A DNA stretch of 64,000 nt from Candidatus Bathyarchaeota archaeon (GTDB lineage Archaea; Thermoproteota; Bathyarchaeia; Bathyarchaeales; Bathycorpusculaceae). The notes beneath the pieces were generated by a model that was not told the origin of the DNA, made no database searches, and saw nothing but the letters and a program-made list of their open reading frames with translations. A program made the position numbers and the translations under genes. Below are positions 50,293 through 60,439 of the stretch, one piece after another. The DNA lies in contig CAVZIW010000012.1 in assembly GCA_963775465.1 (NCBI GenBank), forward strand, positions 1 to 64,000, written 5' to 3'. Every line of letters begins with the position of its first letter. The stretch's first letter is position 1.

Positions 50293-50373
50293 GTGGACCT
50301 AAGGGATTTGAAACCATTTGGGGGCAAGCCAATATTTCTCGAACCTCAAATTGGTTCAAGTCCTCTGAGTTCA
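50293..50373. repeat. Inverted pair of degenerate tRNA 3'-end copies
   Basis: GTGGACCTAAGGGATTTGAAACCATTTGGGG and the reverse complement of 50343-50373 (GTGAACTCAGAGGACTTGAACCAATTTGAGG) both resemble GTGGACCGGGGGGGATTTGAACC at the tRNA-Ala end. Confidence 0.6.
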
Positions 50374-50541
50374 CCCCAAATTTGAGCAATGGATCTCATT
50401 TTTGGAGTCAGAAAAACATGCTATATGCAGCAAGCCTGCATACTGTTGAGGTGTAGCTACTTTTTGGTGTTGCGATAAATGTTACCATTACATTATTAAG
50501 TTAAATGAAATATTTATATTGATTGTAATGGTAAAAAGACT

Positions 50542-51393
50542 GTGCGAATAATCAAACGCAGAAAAGGAAAAACAGAGTATTTCTATCTGCAACACTCCTA
50601 CAGAAAAGAGGGTAAAGTCACAACAAAAGAACTCTACCTGGGCAAAAAGATACCTGACAACATTGAAGAAATCAAATCCAAACTCATGCATGAACCCCAA
50701 AAAGCCCTGTCTGATAAACTAGAAAAAATAAGAAACAATTTTCAGAAAGAATGGAAAAAAGTACCCGAGTCAGCCAAGCAGAAAGACTTGCAAGAGATAT
50801 CCATAGCCTTCACTTATAACACCAATGCTATTGAGGGCTCCACTATAACACTTGAAGAAGCGAGGTTAATACTGGAAGACAAAGTTGCCCCCAATAAACC
50901 ACTTACAGAAATACGGGAAACTGAATCACATGCAACCCTATTTATGCAAATGCTGAAAACAAATGAAAAATTCTCAGAGAAACTTCTGTTGAAATGGCAT
51001 GAGGAAATCTTTAAAGAAACAAAACCTGACATCGCAGGGAAATTTAGAAAATACCCAGTTAGAGTGGGACCATATATAGCACCTGATTGGCAAAACATCG
51101 AAATTCTAATAAAACAACTATTAGCATTCGTTAACAAGTCAAACCTTAATTCTGTAGAACTGGCAGCTAGAGCGCACTACATGTTCGAGAAGATTCATCC
51201 CTTGGGCGATGGAAATGGCAGAATCGGCAGGCTCTTAATGAACTTCATCCTGTGGAACAACGGTTATCCAATGCTTATAATAGAGTACAATAGACGAAAA
51301 TCCTACTACAAAGCTCTGCAGCGACCCGAAGAAGGCTTCGTTAATTACTTTGTCAGAAGATATCTGTCAGTGCATAAACAACTGCTAAAATAA
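50542..51393 (+). CDS. Fic family protein (class II)
   Basis: HPLGDGNGRIGR active-site motif; TNAIEG inhibitory motif. Confidence 0.92.
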   Translation: MRIIKRRKGKTEYFYLQHSYRKEGKVTTKELYLGKKIPDNIEEIKSKLMHEPQKALSDKLEKIRNNFQKEWKKVPESAKQKDLQEISIAFTYNTNAIEGSTITLEEARLILEDKVAPNKPLTEIRETESHATLFMQMLKTNEKFSEKLLLKWHEEIFKETKPDIAGKFRKYPVRVGPYIAPDWQNIEILIKQLLAFVNKSNLNSVELAARAHYMFEKIHPLGDGNGRIGRLLMNFILWNNGYPMLIIEYNRRKSYYKALQRPEEGFVNYFVRRYLSVHKQLLK

Positions 51394-51510
51394 GAAAATA
51401 TTGACTGGGGTAATCACCTCGTTTGCGACTTTATCGGTATAAAATTTTTTAGAAAGCTAAAATAAGCCTGGTCTAAAAAGAACCGGGGTTTATCGGAAAT
51501 CATGTTGAAG

Positions 51511-51584
51511 TGGACCGGGGGGGATTTGAACCCCCGACCTCTTGAGTGCAAGTCAAGCGTTCATACCAGCTGAACTACCGGCCC
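51511..51584 (-). tRNA. tRNA-Ala (TGC)
   Basis: GGGCCGGTAGTTCAGCTGGTATGAACGCTTGACTTGCACTCAAGAGGTCGGGGGTTCAAATCCCCCCCGGTCCA folds as a cloverleaf with G3-U70; CCA not encoded. Confidence 0.95.
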
Positions 51585-51717
51585 GCCACTTTCCCAAACA
51601 TTAACCGATCAACGATATTTAGGTTTTGCATACAAAAACCTCAGTGGACATAAAATCCAGTTAAAATGTTATATTAAACAAATTAAATTAACAATTGGAC
51701 AGTAAGGTTGAGCTGTA

Positions 51718-52203
51718 ATGGAGTACAAAATTGTAAAGATTGTCCCGCCAAAGGATTGCAACACAATATTGGGCATGGCCCATTTCATAAAAACCCCTGA
51801 AGACCTCTACGAAGCTTTGGTAAACTCCGTGCCCAACATCAACTTTGGCATTGGTTTTTGCGAAGGCTCAGGACCCTGTCTTGTCCGCTATGAAGGAAAC
51901 GATGAGGCACTTCGAAGGTCTGCAGCAGAAAAAGCTCTTGAAATCGGTTGTGGTCACAGTTTCTTAATATACATAAAAAATGCTTACCCACTCAATGTAC
52001 TTGATAAAGTTAAGGCGGTACCTGAAGTCTGCACAATTTACGCAGCAAGTGCTAATCCATTGGAGGTTTTAATCGTTGAAACCGCAGGGGGACGGGGCAT
52101 AGTTAGCGTTGTAGATGGTCTTAAAAGTAAGGGTATTGAAACCCAACAGGACATTGAAGAACGCCATACTTTTCTGCGGAAAATAGGCTACAAATTAGGT
52201 TAA
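51718..52203 (+). CDS. Adenosine-specific kinase family (DUF355) protein
   Basis: [40 protein letters not shown]. Confidence 0.85.
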   Translation: MEYKIVKIVPPKDCNTILGMAHFIKTPEDLYEALVNSVPNINFGIGFCEGSGPCLVRYEGNDEALRRSAAEKALEIGCGHSFLIYIKNAYPLNVLDKVKAVPEVCTIYAASANPLEVLIVETAGGRGIVSVVDGLKSKGIETQQDIEERHTFLRKIGYKLG

Positions 52204-53177
52204 GCCGTGTAACCTTCCCAGGCTAAAAGTGTTTGAAACAGCCCATCGTCAATGTTGCCGCCAGTTAATACGAGTACAACTGTTTTTTCTGCAACCATCT
52301 CTCTATTCTGAATCAGCAACGCTGCTGTTGTGGCAGCTGATCCTTCCACTTTGAGTTGCTCGTTTACCCACAGCATAACCACAGCGTGACGGATGGTTTC
52401 TTCTCTAACCAGAAAAACTTGGTCGACATATTGTTGCACGATTGGGAAAGTTATCGATTCTTTCTCTATGCTACCGGATAATCCTTCGGCAACTGTTCTT
52501 GGTTCATGTCTGTGGGGTATCACGATTGTTCCTGCTCTCAATGATTCAAACATTATCGGAGTCGCTGTGGATTGAACGCCAAAAACTTTGATGTTAGGCT
52601 TCAAACTCTTTGAGGCTATAGCGATGCCAGAAATTAATCCTCCTCCACCAACAGGAACTACAACTACATCTACTTCTGGAAGTTCTTTTAGGATTTCTAG
52701 TCCGATTGTTCCGTGCCCAGCAATTATTTGCTCGTCGTTGTAAGGTGAAATGTAGAGATGCCCTTCAGTTCTTGCCAACTCTTTGGCTTTGGTTTCAGCT
52801 TCAGTGTACGTTTCTCCATAGAGAAGTAGTTCTGCACCGTATTGTTCAATACCTTCAATTTTGACTTTAGGCGTTGGTTTTGGCACAACAATTTTTGCTT
52901 TAAAGCCGAGTTTTTGTGCTCCGAGTGCAACTGCTTGCCCATGGTTACCAGCCGAGGCGGTTATAACGCCCATATTTTTTTGTTCCTCAGACAAGTGCAA
53001 TAGCTTGTTGATTACACCCCGCATTTTAAACGAGTTTGTATATTGCTCATTTTCTAATTTAAGGTAGACTTTAGCGCTGCAGAGGTTACTTAGAAACTTG
53101 GATTCATTTAGCGGTGTGGATTTTATATATTGAGCGATTTGTTTTTGGGCAGTTAGGATGTCTTGCAAGTTGATCAT
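52200..53177 (-). CDS. Threonine/serine dehydratase (PLP)
   Basis: [37 protein letters not shown]. Confidence 0.92.
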   Translation of the reverse strand: MINLQDILTAQKQIAQYIKSTPLNESKFLSNLCSAKVYLKLENEQYTNSFKMRGVINKLLHLSEEQKNMGVITASAGNHGQAVALGAQKLGFKAKIVVPKPTPKVKIEGIEQYGAELLLYGETYTEAETKAKELARTEGHLYISPYNDEQIIAGHGTIGLEILKELPEVDVVVVPVGGGGLISGIAIASKSLKPNIKVFGVQSTATPIMFESLRAGTIVIPHRHEPRTVAEGLSGSIEKESITFPIVQQYVDQVFLVREETIRHAVVMLWVNEQLKVEGSAATTAALLIQNREMVAEKTVVLVLTGGNIDDGLFQTLLAWEGYTA

Positions 53178-53320
53178 GAATTCACATCTTTTACAATATA
53201 GGTTGAGCGTGAATAGATTATTTTTTCTTTGCCCTTTACGTGTATGAAAAATAGGGTCGCCAAAGAAGCGTTTTGATTCTTGATGCTGGCAGAGTTGGGA
53301 AAATTTGTTTCAGTCAGCTT

Positions 53321-54013
53321 TTATCTTTGGTTTGGTTTGTAGGGTTGGCTATACATTTCTTTTAGTTTTATGTGTTCTTTTGCTTGCTGTTTCCAGCCTC
53401 TATTGCCCGTCCAAGTATACAAAAATTTAGGGAACCCAAGCTTAGATATTAACCCAGTAGCTTCTTGGGGAATTGGCTTTCCGTTTGCCAAAGCATCAGC
53501 TGCCATATCCAAGGCTTTAGTTTGATTGCGAACCATGCCTTTGAGATCCGATAGAGGTCTGCCGGCTATCATTCCACCGCCCCCCATGGCTAAGCCTCCA
53601 CCCCATGTGTAACCAACTTGGCTAGCGAATATCTCACATACCTTTAGTGCGATACTGTTGTGAACTGCTTCTGTAAAACCGCTATTAGCAATTGCTACAA
53701 AGAATTTCTTGCTTTTTTCTGCTTTGTTTGCTTCATGTTCAGATATCAACTCCAATGTCTTGATAACCTGTGAGTGCAAGCTGTCAACGTACAGTGGAAA
53801 AGCAAGAATTATCAAGTCCGATTCGTCGATTAGTCTAAACAATTCCGTTCTGTTTTTATCAGAACTTTGGATTTGGCTAAGGTACACTTTTTTGGAGGGT
53901 ATGCCTTTTTGGTCTAGCTGGTCAGTTAGGTAGGTTCCCAGAGAGTTTGAACTGCTATTTGGACCTTTTGGACTTCCAACCAATAGAACTGAACTTTTTG
54001 GCTTCTGCATCAT
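53321..54013 (-). CDS. Flavodoxin-like NAD(P)H-dependent oxidoreductase
   Basis: GSPK...S.S, AFPLYVDSL, NSGF.E. Confidence 0.8.
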   Translation of the reverse strand: MMQKPKSSVLLVGSPKGPNSSSNSLGTYLTDQLDQKGIPSKKVYLSQIQSSDKNRTELFRLIDESDLIILAFPLYVDSLHSQVIKTLELISEHEANKAEKSKKFFVAIANSGFTEAVHNSIALKVCEIFASQVGYTWGGGLAMGGGGMIAGRPLSDLKGMVRNQTKALDMAADALANGKPIPQEATGLISKLGFPKFLYTWTGNRGWKQQAKEHIKLKEMYSQPYKPNQR

Positions 54014-54585
54014 TGAATCCCTGCCTTGGTTAAACTCTCTAAGAGTTTATACCTTAATTGACTTAGGCTGGTAATTTGAGATTTATTAATGCTTGCTTCA
54101 GGTTTTGTAGGCAAGTTTATTCCCTTTCTGCTAACCAGCGTTTTGAATGTTTCTTCACTTTCTTTGTCTTCACTAGGAAGACTCCCAATTGCTATCAACG
54201 TGGGATAATTGGCATACCTTGGTGCGTGATGAATCTCGCCGTGCACTTTCTTGAAGAAAGGCAATAGAACCGGACAGGGGAACCTATCGAGTGCTTTTTT
54301 GAGTTCTGATGAATACATACCGAATGTTATCGGAGTTAGTAAAAATACGACATCGCTATGCATCACTTGTTTTGGCAAGTCATGTCCAGCATCTTTGATT
54401 ACACAGTTGCCAGGAGTCTTCAGCCAGCAGCCGAAACAACCAAGACATCCTGCGATCTTTTCTTCTCGCAGAATTCGAGAGCTTATTTCAAAATTTTTGG
54501 CTCGTAGGTAATCAAGCAAATCTTTTATGAGACTCTCAGGGAAATCTTCTTTTTTTGTTGAACCATCCAATATTAACGCTTTCAT
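54010..54585 (-). CDS. Iron-sulfur flavoprotein / flavodoxin family
   Basis: CLGCFGCWLKTPG.CVIKD, TPITFG.YSS.LK; start MKALILDGS at 54585. Confidence 0.85.
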   Translation of the reverse strand: MKALILDGSTKKEDFPESLIKDLLDYLRAKNFEISSRILREEKIAGCLGCFGCWLKTPGNCVIKDAGHDLPKQVMHSDVVFLLTPITFGMYSSELKKALDRFPCPVLLPFFKKVHGEIHHAPRYANYPTLIAIGSLPSEDKESEETFKTLVSRKGINLPTKPEASINKSQITSLSQLRYKLLESLTKAGIQ

Positions 54586-54596
54586 ATAACTCACCC

Positions 54597-55331
54597 TTAT
54601 GCGGACTTTTTGCCAAAGGAATATTTGATTACACCCTTTGGGCAACTGTCCACGCATGCTCCACAGAGTATGCATTCGGAGTTCTCCATCGATTCTTGTC
54701 GAACCATAGCATTCACATCCAAACTCATCGAGCAGTTCCTATTGCAAGTCTTGCAGTTTATGCATTTTTCTTGGTCTGCTTGAAGTTGCAGTGACGGCCA
54801 ATTTGCTGCGTTGCGTATTTTCCTTCCAACTATCATGAAAGGCGCCATCCAGCAGACTGTATGACATGCTGCTCGTTTACCAGCTGCAAGCGCAAAGACG
54901 AAGAAAGCAGCCAAGATAACCACGAACATAATAGCTGACTGGAAATCTGAAATCGATATGCCGTAGTAAGTTTGATAGAGTGGATCCACAGCTTTTAATC
55001 CACCTGCTTGAATGAACATTAATGCAATTATCGAGAGCCATGGAACCCAGATGAAGTATTTCACTAAGTTACGTTTTTTTCCGTTGTAGCTTCTGCCGTT
55101 TACTTTGGAACAAAATTCTTGTACTGCCCCAGCTGGACAAACCCATCCGCACCAGGCGCGCCCGACAAACAGCGATGTTAAGAACAAACCTGCAAAGGCA
55201 AGGACATCTCCAGCTATTATCCCTTCAGCTGCACCCATAATGACGAGATACGGAGAGAAGTAATAGTATACCAGCGGGAACAATGCCGCCATGACAATTG
55301 CTACAGCGAGCCTTTTCTTTTGTCTGCTCAT
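54597..55331 (-). CDS. Membrane 4Fe-4S binding protein (NapH/MauN-like)
   Basis: GRAWCGWVCP, two CxxCxxCxxxC-type motifs, TM helices. Confidence 0.88.
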   Translation of the reverse strand: MSRQKKRLAVAIVMAALFPLVYYYFSPYLVIMGAAEGIIAGDVLAFAGLFLTSLFVGRAWCGWVCPAGAVQEFCSKVNGRSYNGKKRNLVKYFIWVPWLSIIALMFIQAGGLKAVDPLYQTYYGISISDFQSAIMFVVILAAFFVFALAAGKRAACHTVCWMAPFMIVGRKIRNAANWPSLQLQADQEKCINCKTCNRNCSMSLDVNAMVRQESMENSECILCGACVDSCPKGVIKYSFGKKSA

Positions 55332-55594
55332 TGTTTCCCACTTCCCTGCTTTTTGTCGCTTTTTAAGTCGAGAATTTTCTTAAGTTCATGTTTAGTTATA
55401 TCCATCCGCAGAGTGCCATTGACACCGTCTATTTGAAGCATAATGTCTTCTACCATTGAAACGTCTTTGAGCTTCCCCAAGTATCCTTCAAAGAAGAAGT
55501 GCTCATTTTCATTCTCTGAAAGAGACATCCTTTTCACAGTCTTTTCTGATTTCATCTCAACAGAAAACGAATGTTCTTCAGCTCGTCTTGCCAA
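55328..55594 (-). CDS. Conserved hypothetical protein
   Basis: EHSFSVEMKS...FEG.LG...L.I.G.NG.LR.D; first gene of the operon. Confidence 0.65.
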   Translation of the reverse strand: MARRAEEHSFSVEMKSEKTVKRMSLSENENEHFFFEGYLGKLKDVSMVEDIMLQIDGVNGTLRMDITKHELKKILDLKSDKKQGSGKQ

Positions 55595-55654
55595 TTTTCT
55601 CGCCTCGGATACTACATTCTCAGAAACGATGATAAAGTAACCTCAACAAAAACA

Positions 55655-55691
55655 ATGAAATATCAGAAACGGATATGAAATTTCATAAACG
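55655..55691. promoter_or_regulatory. Tandem operator: ATGAAATATCAGAAACG / ATGAAATTTCATAAACG
   Basis: Perfect 14-bp palindrome TATGAAATTTCATA at 55674-55687, with a degenerate copy 20 bp upstream, between divergent genes. Confidence 0.65.
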
Positions 55692-55705
55692 TATAACGTT
55701 AGGGG

Positions 55706-56513
55706 GTGGAGCTGTTGGATAGCCTTAACAGTTTATTATGTGAATTTTCAAGTTCCGATAGACTCGATATTTTATACCTTGTAAAAAAGACGCCAATGAA
55801 GCTCTCACACATTTCCGGTAAATTAGATTTTACCGTTCAAGAAGCTTCAAGAAACGTAGGCAGATTAACTGAAGCAGGACTTATAAGAAAAGATGTCGGT
55901 GGCGCTTTCTACTTAACGCCTTTTGGAGAAGAAGTATTAAACCTTCTTAAGGGCTTTAATTTTCTCTCCGATAACAAAGATTATTTTTTATGTGACTGAG
56001 CTTCTGGTCATGCCCGAGCAGTTTAGAGCAAGCCTAGGCATTTTTGAACATTTTAGCTACGTTAGCGATGTTATGATTGCTTTCCACAACGTTGAGAAGA
56101 TGATAGCGAATGCAGAGAAGTTTGTTTGGATAATGACAAACCAAATACTTGCCAGCACTCTTCCTTACCTCTTGCAAGAGTTGGAAAGAGGCGGCGAGTT
56201 CCAACTCTTAATGCCAAAAGATTATCGAATGACAGAGGAATTATTTCAATCCACTCGCCATCCCACTTTTGATAAAGCTGTTCGAAACAGAAAACTAGAA
56301 ATTAAGTTCATTGAAAAAGTCGATTTCTTTTTGTGTTTGTCAGAGAAAGAAGTCGGAGCGCTTGGTTTTCCAAGCTTGGACGGCAAACCCGACTATAACG
56401 GAGGCTTTAGAGCTGAAAATGAGGTAGCCGTCAACTGGGCTATCAGGCTTTTTAGCTATTATTGGGAAAAGAGTACAAGCGAGGTTCCTAATCAGATGAT
56501 AGATACCCGCTAA
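55706..56513 (+). CDS. ArsR-type wHTH plus DUF1724-like transcriptional regulator (split near 55990)
   Basis: SSSDRL.IL...QEASRN..RL...GLI..Y.LT.FG, then ..SEKE..L.F...DG..DY...WA..LF.YYW. Confidence 0.78.
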
Positions 56514-56597
56514 CGATCAGCGCTGGCGTTTGATAAGCGTAAACTATTTTAGTTTACTTAGAATCAACCCTTAAAACAGCGATAGGTTGATGTTTTT

Positions 56598-57449
56598 ATG
56601 GCTTTAGAAAGAAACAGAGCACAATTAGAGGCTTACCGAAAACAAGCCGCCGAAGAACAAGAAAAATTTAAAGAAAGAATGAGCAAAATTAAACATAAAA
56701 TCGCTATTATTAGTGGCAAGGGAGGTGTTGGAAAAAGCACCATAACCGTAAACCTAGCCACTGCTTTTGCTCTTAAGGGAAGTCGCGTAGGTATTTTAGA
56801 TGCGGATATACATGGTCCCAGCGTTCCTAGGCTTTTGGGGTTGGAAGGAAGTCAGGTTCAGACAACCGCCATGGGCGCTTTGCCTGTTGATGGACCCTTG
56901 AAAATGAAGGTTATGTCAATTGATTTTTTCATGGCTGAACAGATGCCCACTATTTGGCGTGGACCACTTAAGATGAGGGCTATCCGTCAACTGTTAGGTG
57001 AAATTGTCTGGGGTGATCTTGATTTTCTTTTTATCGATTTGCCGCCTGGAACAGGAGACGAACCTTTAAGCATAGCTCAGTTATTGCCTGACTTGGATGG
57101 TGTAGTGATCGTCACGATGCCTTCGGACTTATCTAGTTCGATCGTGAAGAAAGCAGTAACTTTTGCTCAAAGACTAAAGTTGCCTATTATCGGCGTTGTT
57201 GAAAACATGAGTGGATTTGTCTGCCCGCACTGTAATAAGAAAATTGAGATTTTTAGTTCAGGCGGAGGGAAGAAGATGGCACAGGAAGAAGGTGTGCCTT
57301 TCTTAGGAAGCATCCCAATTGATCCTAAAGTAAGCGCTGATTCCGACAAAGGTGCGCCTTTTATTATTTCCCACAAAGACTCTTCAGCAGCAAAAGCTTT
57401 CATGGAAATTGTCTCTAAAATTGTTGTTTATCTAGAAGGTAAACAATAA
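56598..57449 (+). CDS. Mrp/NBP35 Fe-S cluster carrier ATPase
   Basis: SGKGGVGKST, DADIHGPS, WRGP, DLPPGTGDE, ENMS...CPHC. Confidence 0.93.
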   Translation: MALERNRAQLEAYRKQAAEEQEKFKERMSKIKHKIAIISGKGGVGKSTITVNLATAFALKGSRVGILDADIHGPSVPRLLGLEGSQVQTTAMGALPVDGPLKMKVMSIDFFMAEQMPTIWRGPLKMRAIRQLLGEIVWGDLDFLFIDLPPGTGDEPLSIAQLLPDLDGVVIVTMPSDLSSSIVKKAVTFAQRLKLPIIGVVENMSGFVCPHCNKKIEIFSSGGGKKMAQEEGVPFLGSIPIDPKVSADSDKGAPFIISHKDSSAAKAFMEIVSKIVVYLEGKQ

Positions 57450-57510
57450 TTTTTTGTGGTAAAAAGGATGGAGAGCTAAAACTCCCAGTTTATTTTTGTC
57501 CAGCTACGGT

Positions 57511-57801
57511 TTATGCTTTGGATAGAGTAATTTCTATCGTGGAAACCATTCGGGACCTGTTTTCGCCTTCTCTTGGTGGCATCTCGGCAGTTCCGATTGC
57601 GATTTTCTCTACTTTGAGTTCTTTGATGAAGCGGCTTCTTGTGATTTCTGCTACGTCAACTGCTGTGGTGATTGCTTGGCCTCTTGCTTTTAAGGTGATT
57701 TCTTTTTGGGCGCCGGAAGAGAATGCGGTTATGATGGCGAGCACATAGCTCATTGGGGGTTTGTTTCCAACAAAAATAACGTCACTAGCTTTTTCAGACA
57801 T
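57511..57801 (-). CDS. albA: DNA/RNA-binding protein Alba (copy 2)
   Basis: Near-identical to 9322-9612. Confidence 0.93.
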   Translation of the reverse strand: MSEKASDVIFVGNKPPMSYVLAIITAFSSGAQKEITLKARGQAITTAVDVAEITRSRFIKELKVEKIAIGTAEMPPREGENRSRMVSTIEITLSKA

Positions 57802-58096
57802 GTATTTCACTCCTTTTTTCAGTTTTTTGGGTTTTGGTGCTATCCTATTAGGAAAAACTCCCTAATAAACCAAATTAAGCCCTTCGGGATCGGATTTTAT
57901 AGTATTTCAATTTAGCTTTAAAAAACGGTGAGTTTTAAACCTAAATCCACAGGTTGGATAACCATTTCAGTTATCTACCCTTAGTCAATTCATTGGCATT
58001 AAATTGCTTTTTAATCACTTGCTTTAGAATTTGTTTGGTCGTTTTCTAATTCTTTTGAAATAAGGAACAATATAGCTACAATTTTTGCTCAGATAT

Positions 58097-58130
58097 TATT
58101 CCGAAATAGGAATATTCCAAAATTGGAAAT
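58097..58130. promoter_or_regulatory. Overlapping inverted repeats TATTCC-N6-GGAATA and TATTCC-N6-GGAAAT
   Basis: 16-bp period, upstream of the gene at 58185. Confidence 0.5.
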
Positions 58131-58184
58131 ATCAAAGATATTCTTGAAAAAGTCTTGCAACATTGGAAAGGAGAAGGCGAAGAC

Positions 58185-58583
58185 ATGTCTATGTTTCTTA
58201 GATACATTGCAGAAGTGGTAAATAGACCAACTATCAGTTCAAAGTTGTGTGCATACTCTTTTGGCTTTCTTATTGTGGCACAGTTTTTGGATGGTTTAAC
58301 AACAAAGATTGGTTTAGGCTTAGGGCTTGCTGAAGTTGGAATTTATGCAATGCCTATCCTTGGAAGCTACGGTTATTGGGGCTTGATGCTTTGGAAGTTT
58401 GGTTCCTTAGCAATTCTTGGAGTTTTAGTTGCAGCAGTGTATTTTGCAGCAAAAAGGTATGCTCCTAAACATCTAACTTATGTTAGTTTAATATTGACGA
58501 TTGGCTGTTTGGTTGCAAGTATAGGTACAGCTCAGGTTGTTGCCTCCAATTTAGGCCAGATTGAGTTTGCCCTGAGCGCTTAA
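58185..58583 (+). CDS. DUF5658-like membrane protein
   Basis: LDGLTT.IGL..G..E, K in the TM segment, V..N near the end. Confidence 0.65.
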   Translation: MSMFLRYIAEVVNRPTISSKLCAYSFGFLIVAQFLDGLTTKIGLGLGLAEVGIYAMPILGSYGYWGLMLWKFGSLAILGVLVAAVYFAAKRYAPKHLTYVSLILTIGCLVASIGTAQVVASNLGQIEFALSA

Positions 58584-58742
58584 AGTTGAAACTATCTTTT
58601 GTTATTACTCAAAGAGCTACACCTCTGAAAATGCTTTCTAATTCTCTGATTTCAAGTCAAAATGTACAATAGCTAAACTTGTTAACTGAGATACAGTTTT
58701 ATACCTCAACCTTGAAGGAAGGTACAATCAGGAAGACAACAA

Positions 58743-59513
58743 ATGTCCGTATCGCCAAGCCTTAGAGAAGTTTTAGCTCGAAGAATCGCTGGAGAAATCA
58801 TTCTCTCTGGTAGACCGGGCTCAACTATGCGCAAGTGGCGTGAACTCTTTGCCGTCTCCCAGATGAACCTCTCTGAAGCAATGGGCTTGTCATCCTCAGT
58901 TGTAAGCGACTATGAAAGTGGCAGAAGAAAAAGTCCCGGAGCCAAATTCATAAGGCGCTTTGTGCTCTCGCTTCTTAACATTGATGAACAAAAGGGCAGT
59001 CGCTTTATCCGTGAATTCGCTAAACTTACCAGTTCACCAAGCATGGCTGTAGTGGATCTTCGCGAGTTTCCAATCCCAGTGCGAGTAGAATATCTCTGCA
59101 AAGCAATTGGCGGTGAAGTATTGGCTTGCAAAGAAAAATACGTTAAAGAAGTCAATGGTTACACAGTAATTGATAGCAGAAAAGCAGTGGAGACATATTC
59201 GGGTTCTGATTATGCTCAGCTTTTTGGCGCAACTACGGAGCGAGCATTAATTTTTACCAATGTTGAGGCAGGGTGCTTACCCATGATGATTGTGCGGGTC
59301 AGCAGTCTCAAACCTAAAATCATTGTTTTCCATAAAACCCAGCCGGATACCGAGGCGATAAGCATAGCTGAGTACGAGCAGATACCTCTTATATTCTCTT
59401 CTTCACCTTCCGTTGAGCAATTGGTGAAGTCACTGCGAAAACTCTACCGAATAGCGCTTCGCATTAAACTGGGAAGACGTGGTGTACGTCCACCGCCGAA
59501 AATAACCGCCTAA
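58743..59513 (+). CDS. Archaeal XRE-family HTH regulator (COG1709-like)
   Basis: RIAGEIILS..PG..MRKWRE.F, SVVSDYESGRRKSPG, ERALIFT.V. Confidence 0.88.
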   Translation: MSVSPSLREVLARRIAGEIILSGRPGSTMRKWRELFAVSQMNLSEAMGLSSSVVSDYESGRRKSPGAKFIRRFVLSLLNIDEQKGSRFIREFAKLTSSPSMAVVDLREFPIPVRVEYLCKAIGGEVLACKEKYVKEVNGYTVIDSRKAVETYSGSDYAQLFGATTERALIFTNVEAGCLPMMIVRVSSLKPKIIVFHKTQPDTEAISIAEYEQIPLIFSSSPSVEQLVKSLRKLYRIALRIKLGRRGVRPPPKITA

Positions 59514-59600
59514 CAAACGCAGACTTGAGCTGCTTCTACATAGAGTAGCTAAATTTTATGCAGATAAGGTTTTTAATACGTTTGTTAAGCTCAGATTGTT

Positions 59601-59663
59601 GGCTATGGCATTAGCCGTGGCATAAGCCAGAACCGCAGCCAAGAGCATGCTAATAATGCCTAT
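59601..59663 (+). ncRNA. Fluoride (crcB) riboswitch
   Basis: GGCTATGGCATTAGCC...AACCGC...GCTAATAATGCCTA: P1 GGCTA/TAGCC and pseudoknot GGCAT/ATGCC, about 20 nt before crcB. Confidence 0.8.
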
Positions 59664-59684
59664 CTAGAAACAGAAGGTAATAAA

Positions 59685-60074
59685 ATGAAGTGGATAGAGA
59701 TTGGTCTCTTGGCAGCTGGTGCGATAGTTGGAGCTTTTCTACGTTACAAACTCGTAGAGTCGCCAATTGCAGTCTACGGTTTGCCAGTTAATGTTTTAGC
59801 AGTCAACATCGTCGGAAGCTTTATTTTAGGCTTGTTTTCGGTGTTGTCTGTTGGTTTCAACTTTAATCCCCAATACACTTTGCTGATAGCAGTAGGGTTC
59901 TGCGGCTCGTTCACCACAATGTCGTCTTTCGCGTTAGAAACCAGCAACTTATTTGACAGTAACCGTTTTAGTCTGATAGCTCTCAATATACTAGCTAATG
60001 TCGGTTTATCTTTGGGAGCTATATTTGGCGGCAGACTAATTGGCGATGTAATCTTAGAGAGGCTAATACGTTGA
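59685..60074 (+). CDS. crcB: Fluoride efflux channel Fluc/CrcB
   Basis: GA..GA.LRY, VNIVGSF, GFCGSFTTMSSF. Confidence 0.95.
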   Translation: MKWIEIGLLAAGAIVGAFLRYKLVESPIAVYGLPVNVLAVNIVGSFILGLFSVLSVGFNFNPQYTLLIAVGFCGSFTTMSSFALETSNLFDSNRFSLIALNILANVGLSLGAIFGGRLIGDVILERLIR

Positions 60075-60382
60075 GACAAAAAATGTGGGACCTAACTATA
60101 CGAATAAAAAGGAACGATGAACTAGGAGGCAAACGCCTTCAGAACTTAATTATGGATTGTCTTATCAAAGCACATATTGAAGGTGCAACTGTTTGGACAG
60201 GAGTAAACGGGTTTGGCAAACGTGGAAAATCCACCATGCACATTGAAGGAGTAACGGTAAACATGCCTCTGATAATTGAAGTTGTTGATACACAGGAAAA
60301 GCTTGAACCACTGCTTCCAGATTTAAAGCAGATTATTGGTGACGATGGATTAGTAACCATTCAAGAAACTTACGTAATCTAA
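60071..60382 (+). CDS. DUF190 (PII-like) protein
   Basis: GATV..G..GFG, P.IIEVVD; the usual crcB neighbour. Confidence 0.88.
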   Translation: MRQKMWDLTIRIKRNDELGGKRLQNLIMDCLIKAHIEGATVWTGVNGFGKRGKSTMHIEGVTVNMPLIIEVVDTQEKLEPLLPDLKQIIGDDGLVTIQETYVI

Positions 60383-60439
60383 CGGCATAGAGAAAACATT
60401 TCTGAAAACAATAAACAAAATAAGCTTAGAAGTTGAAAC

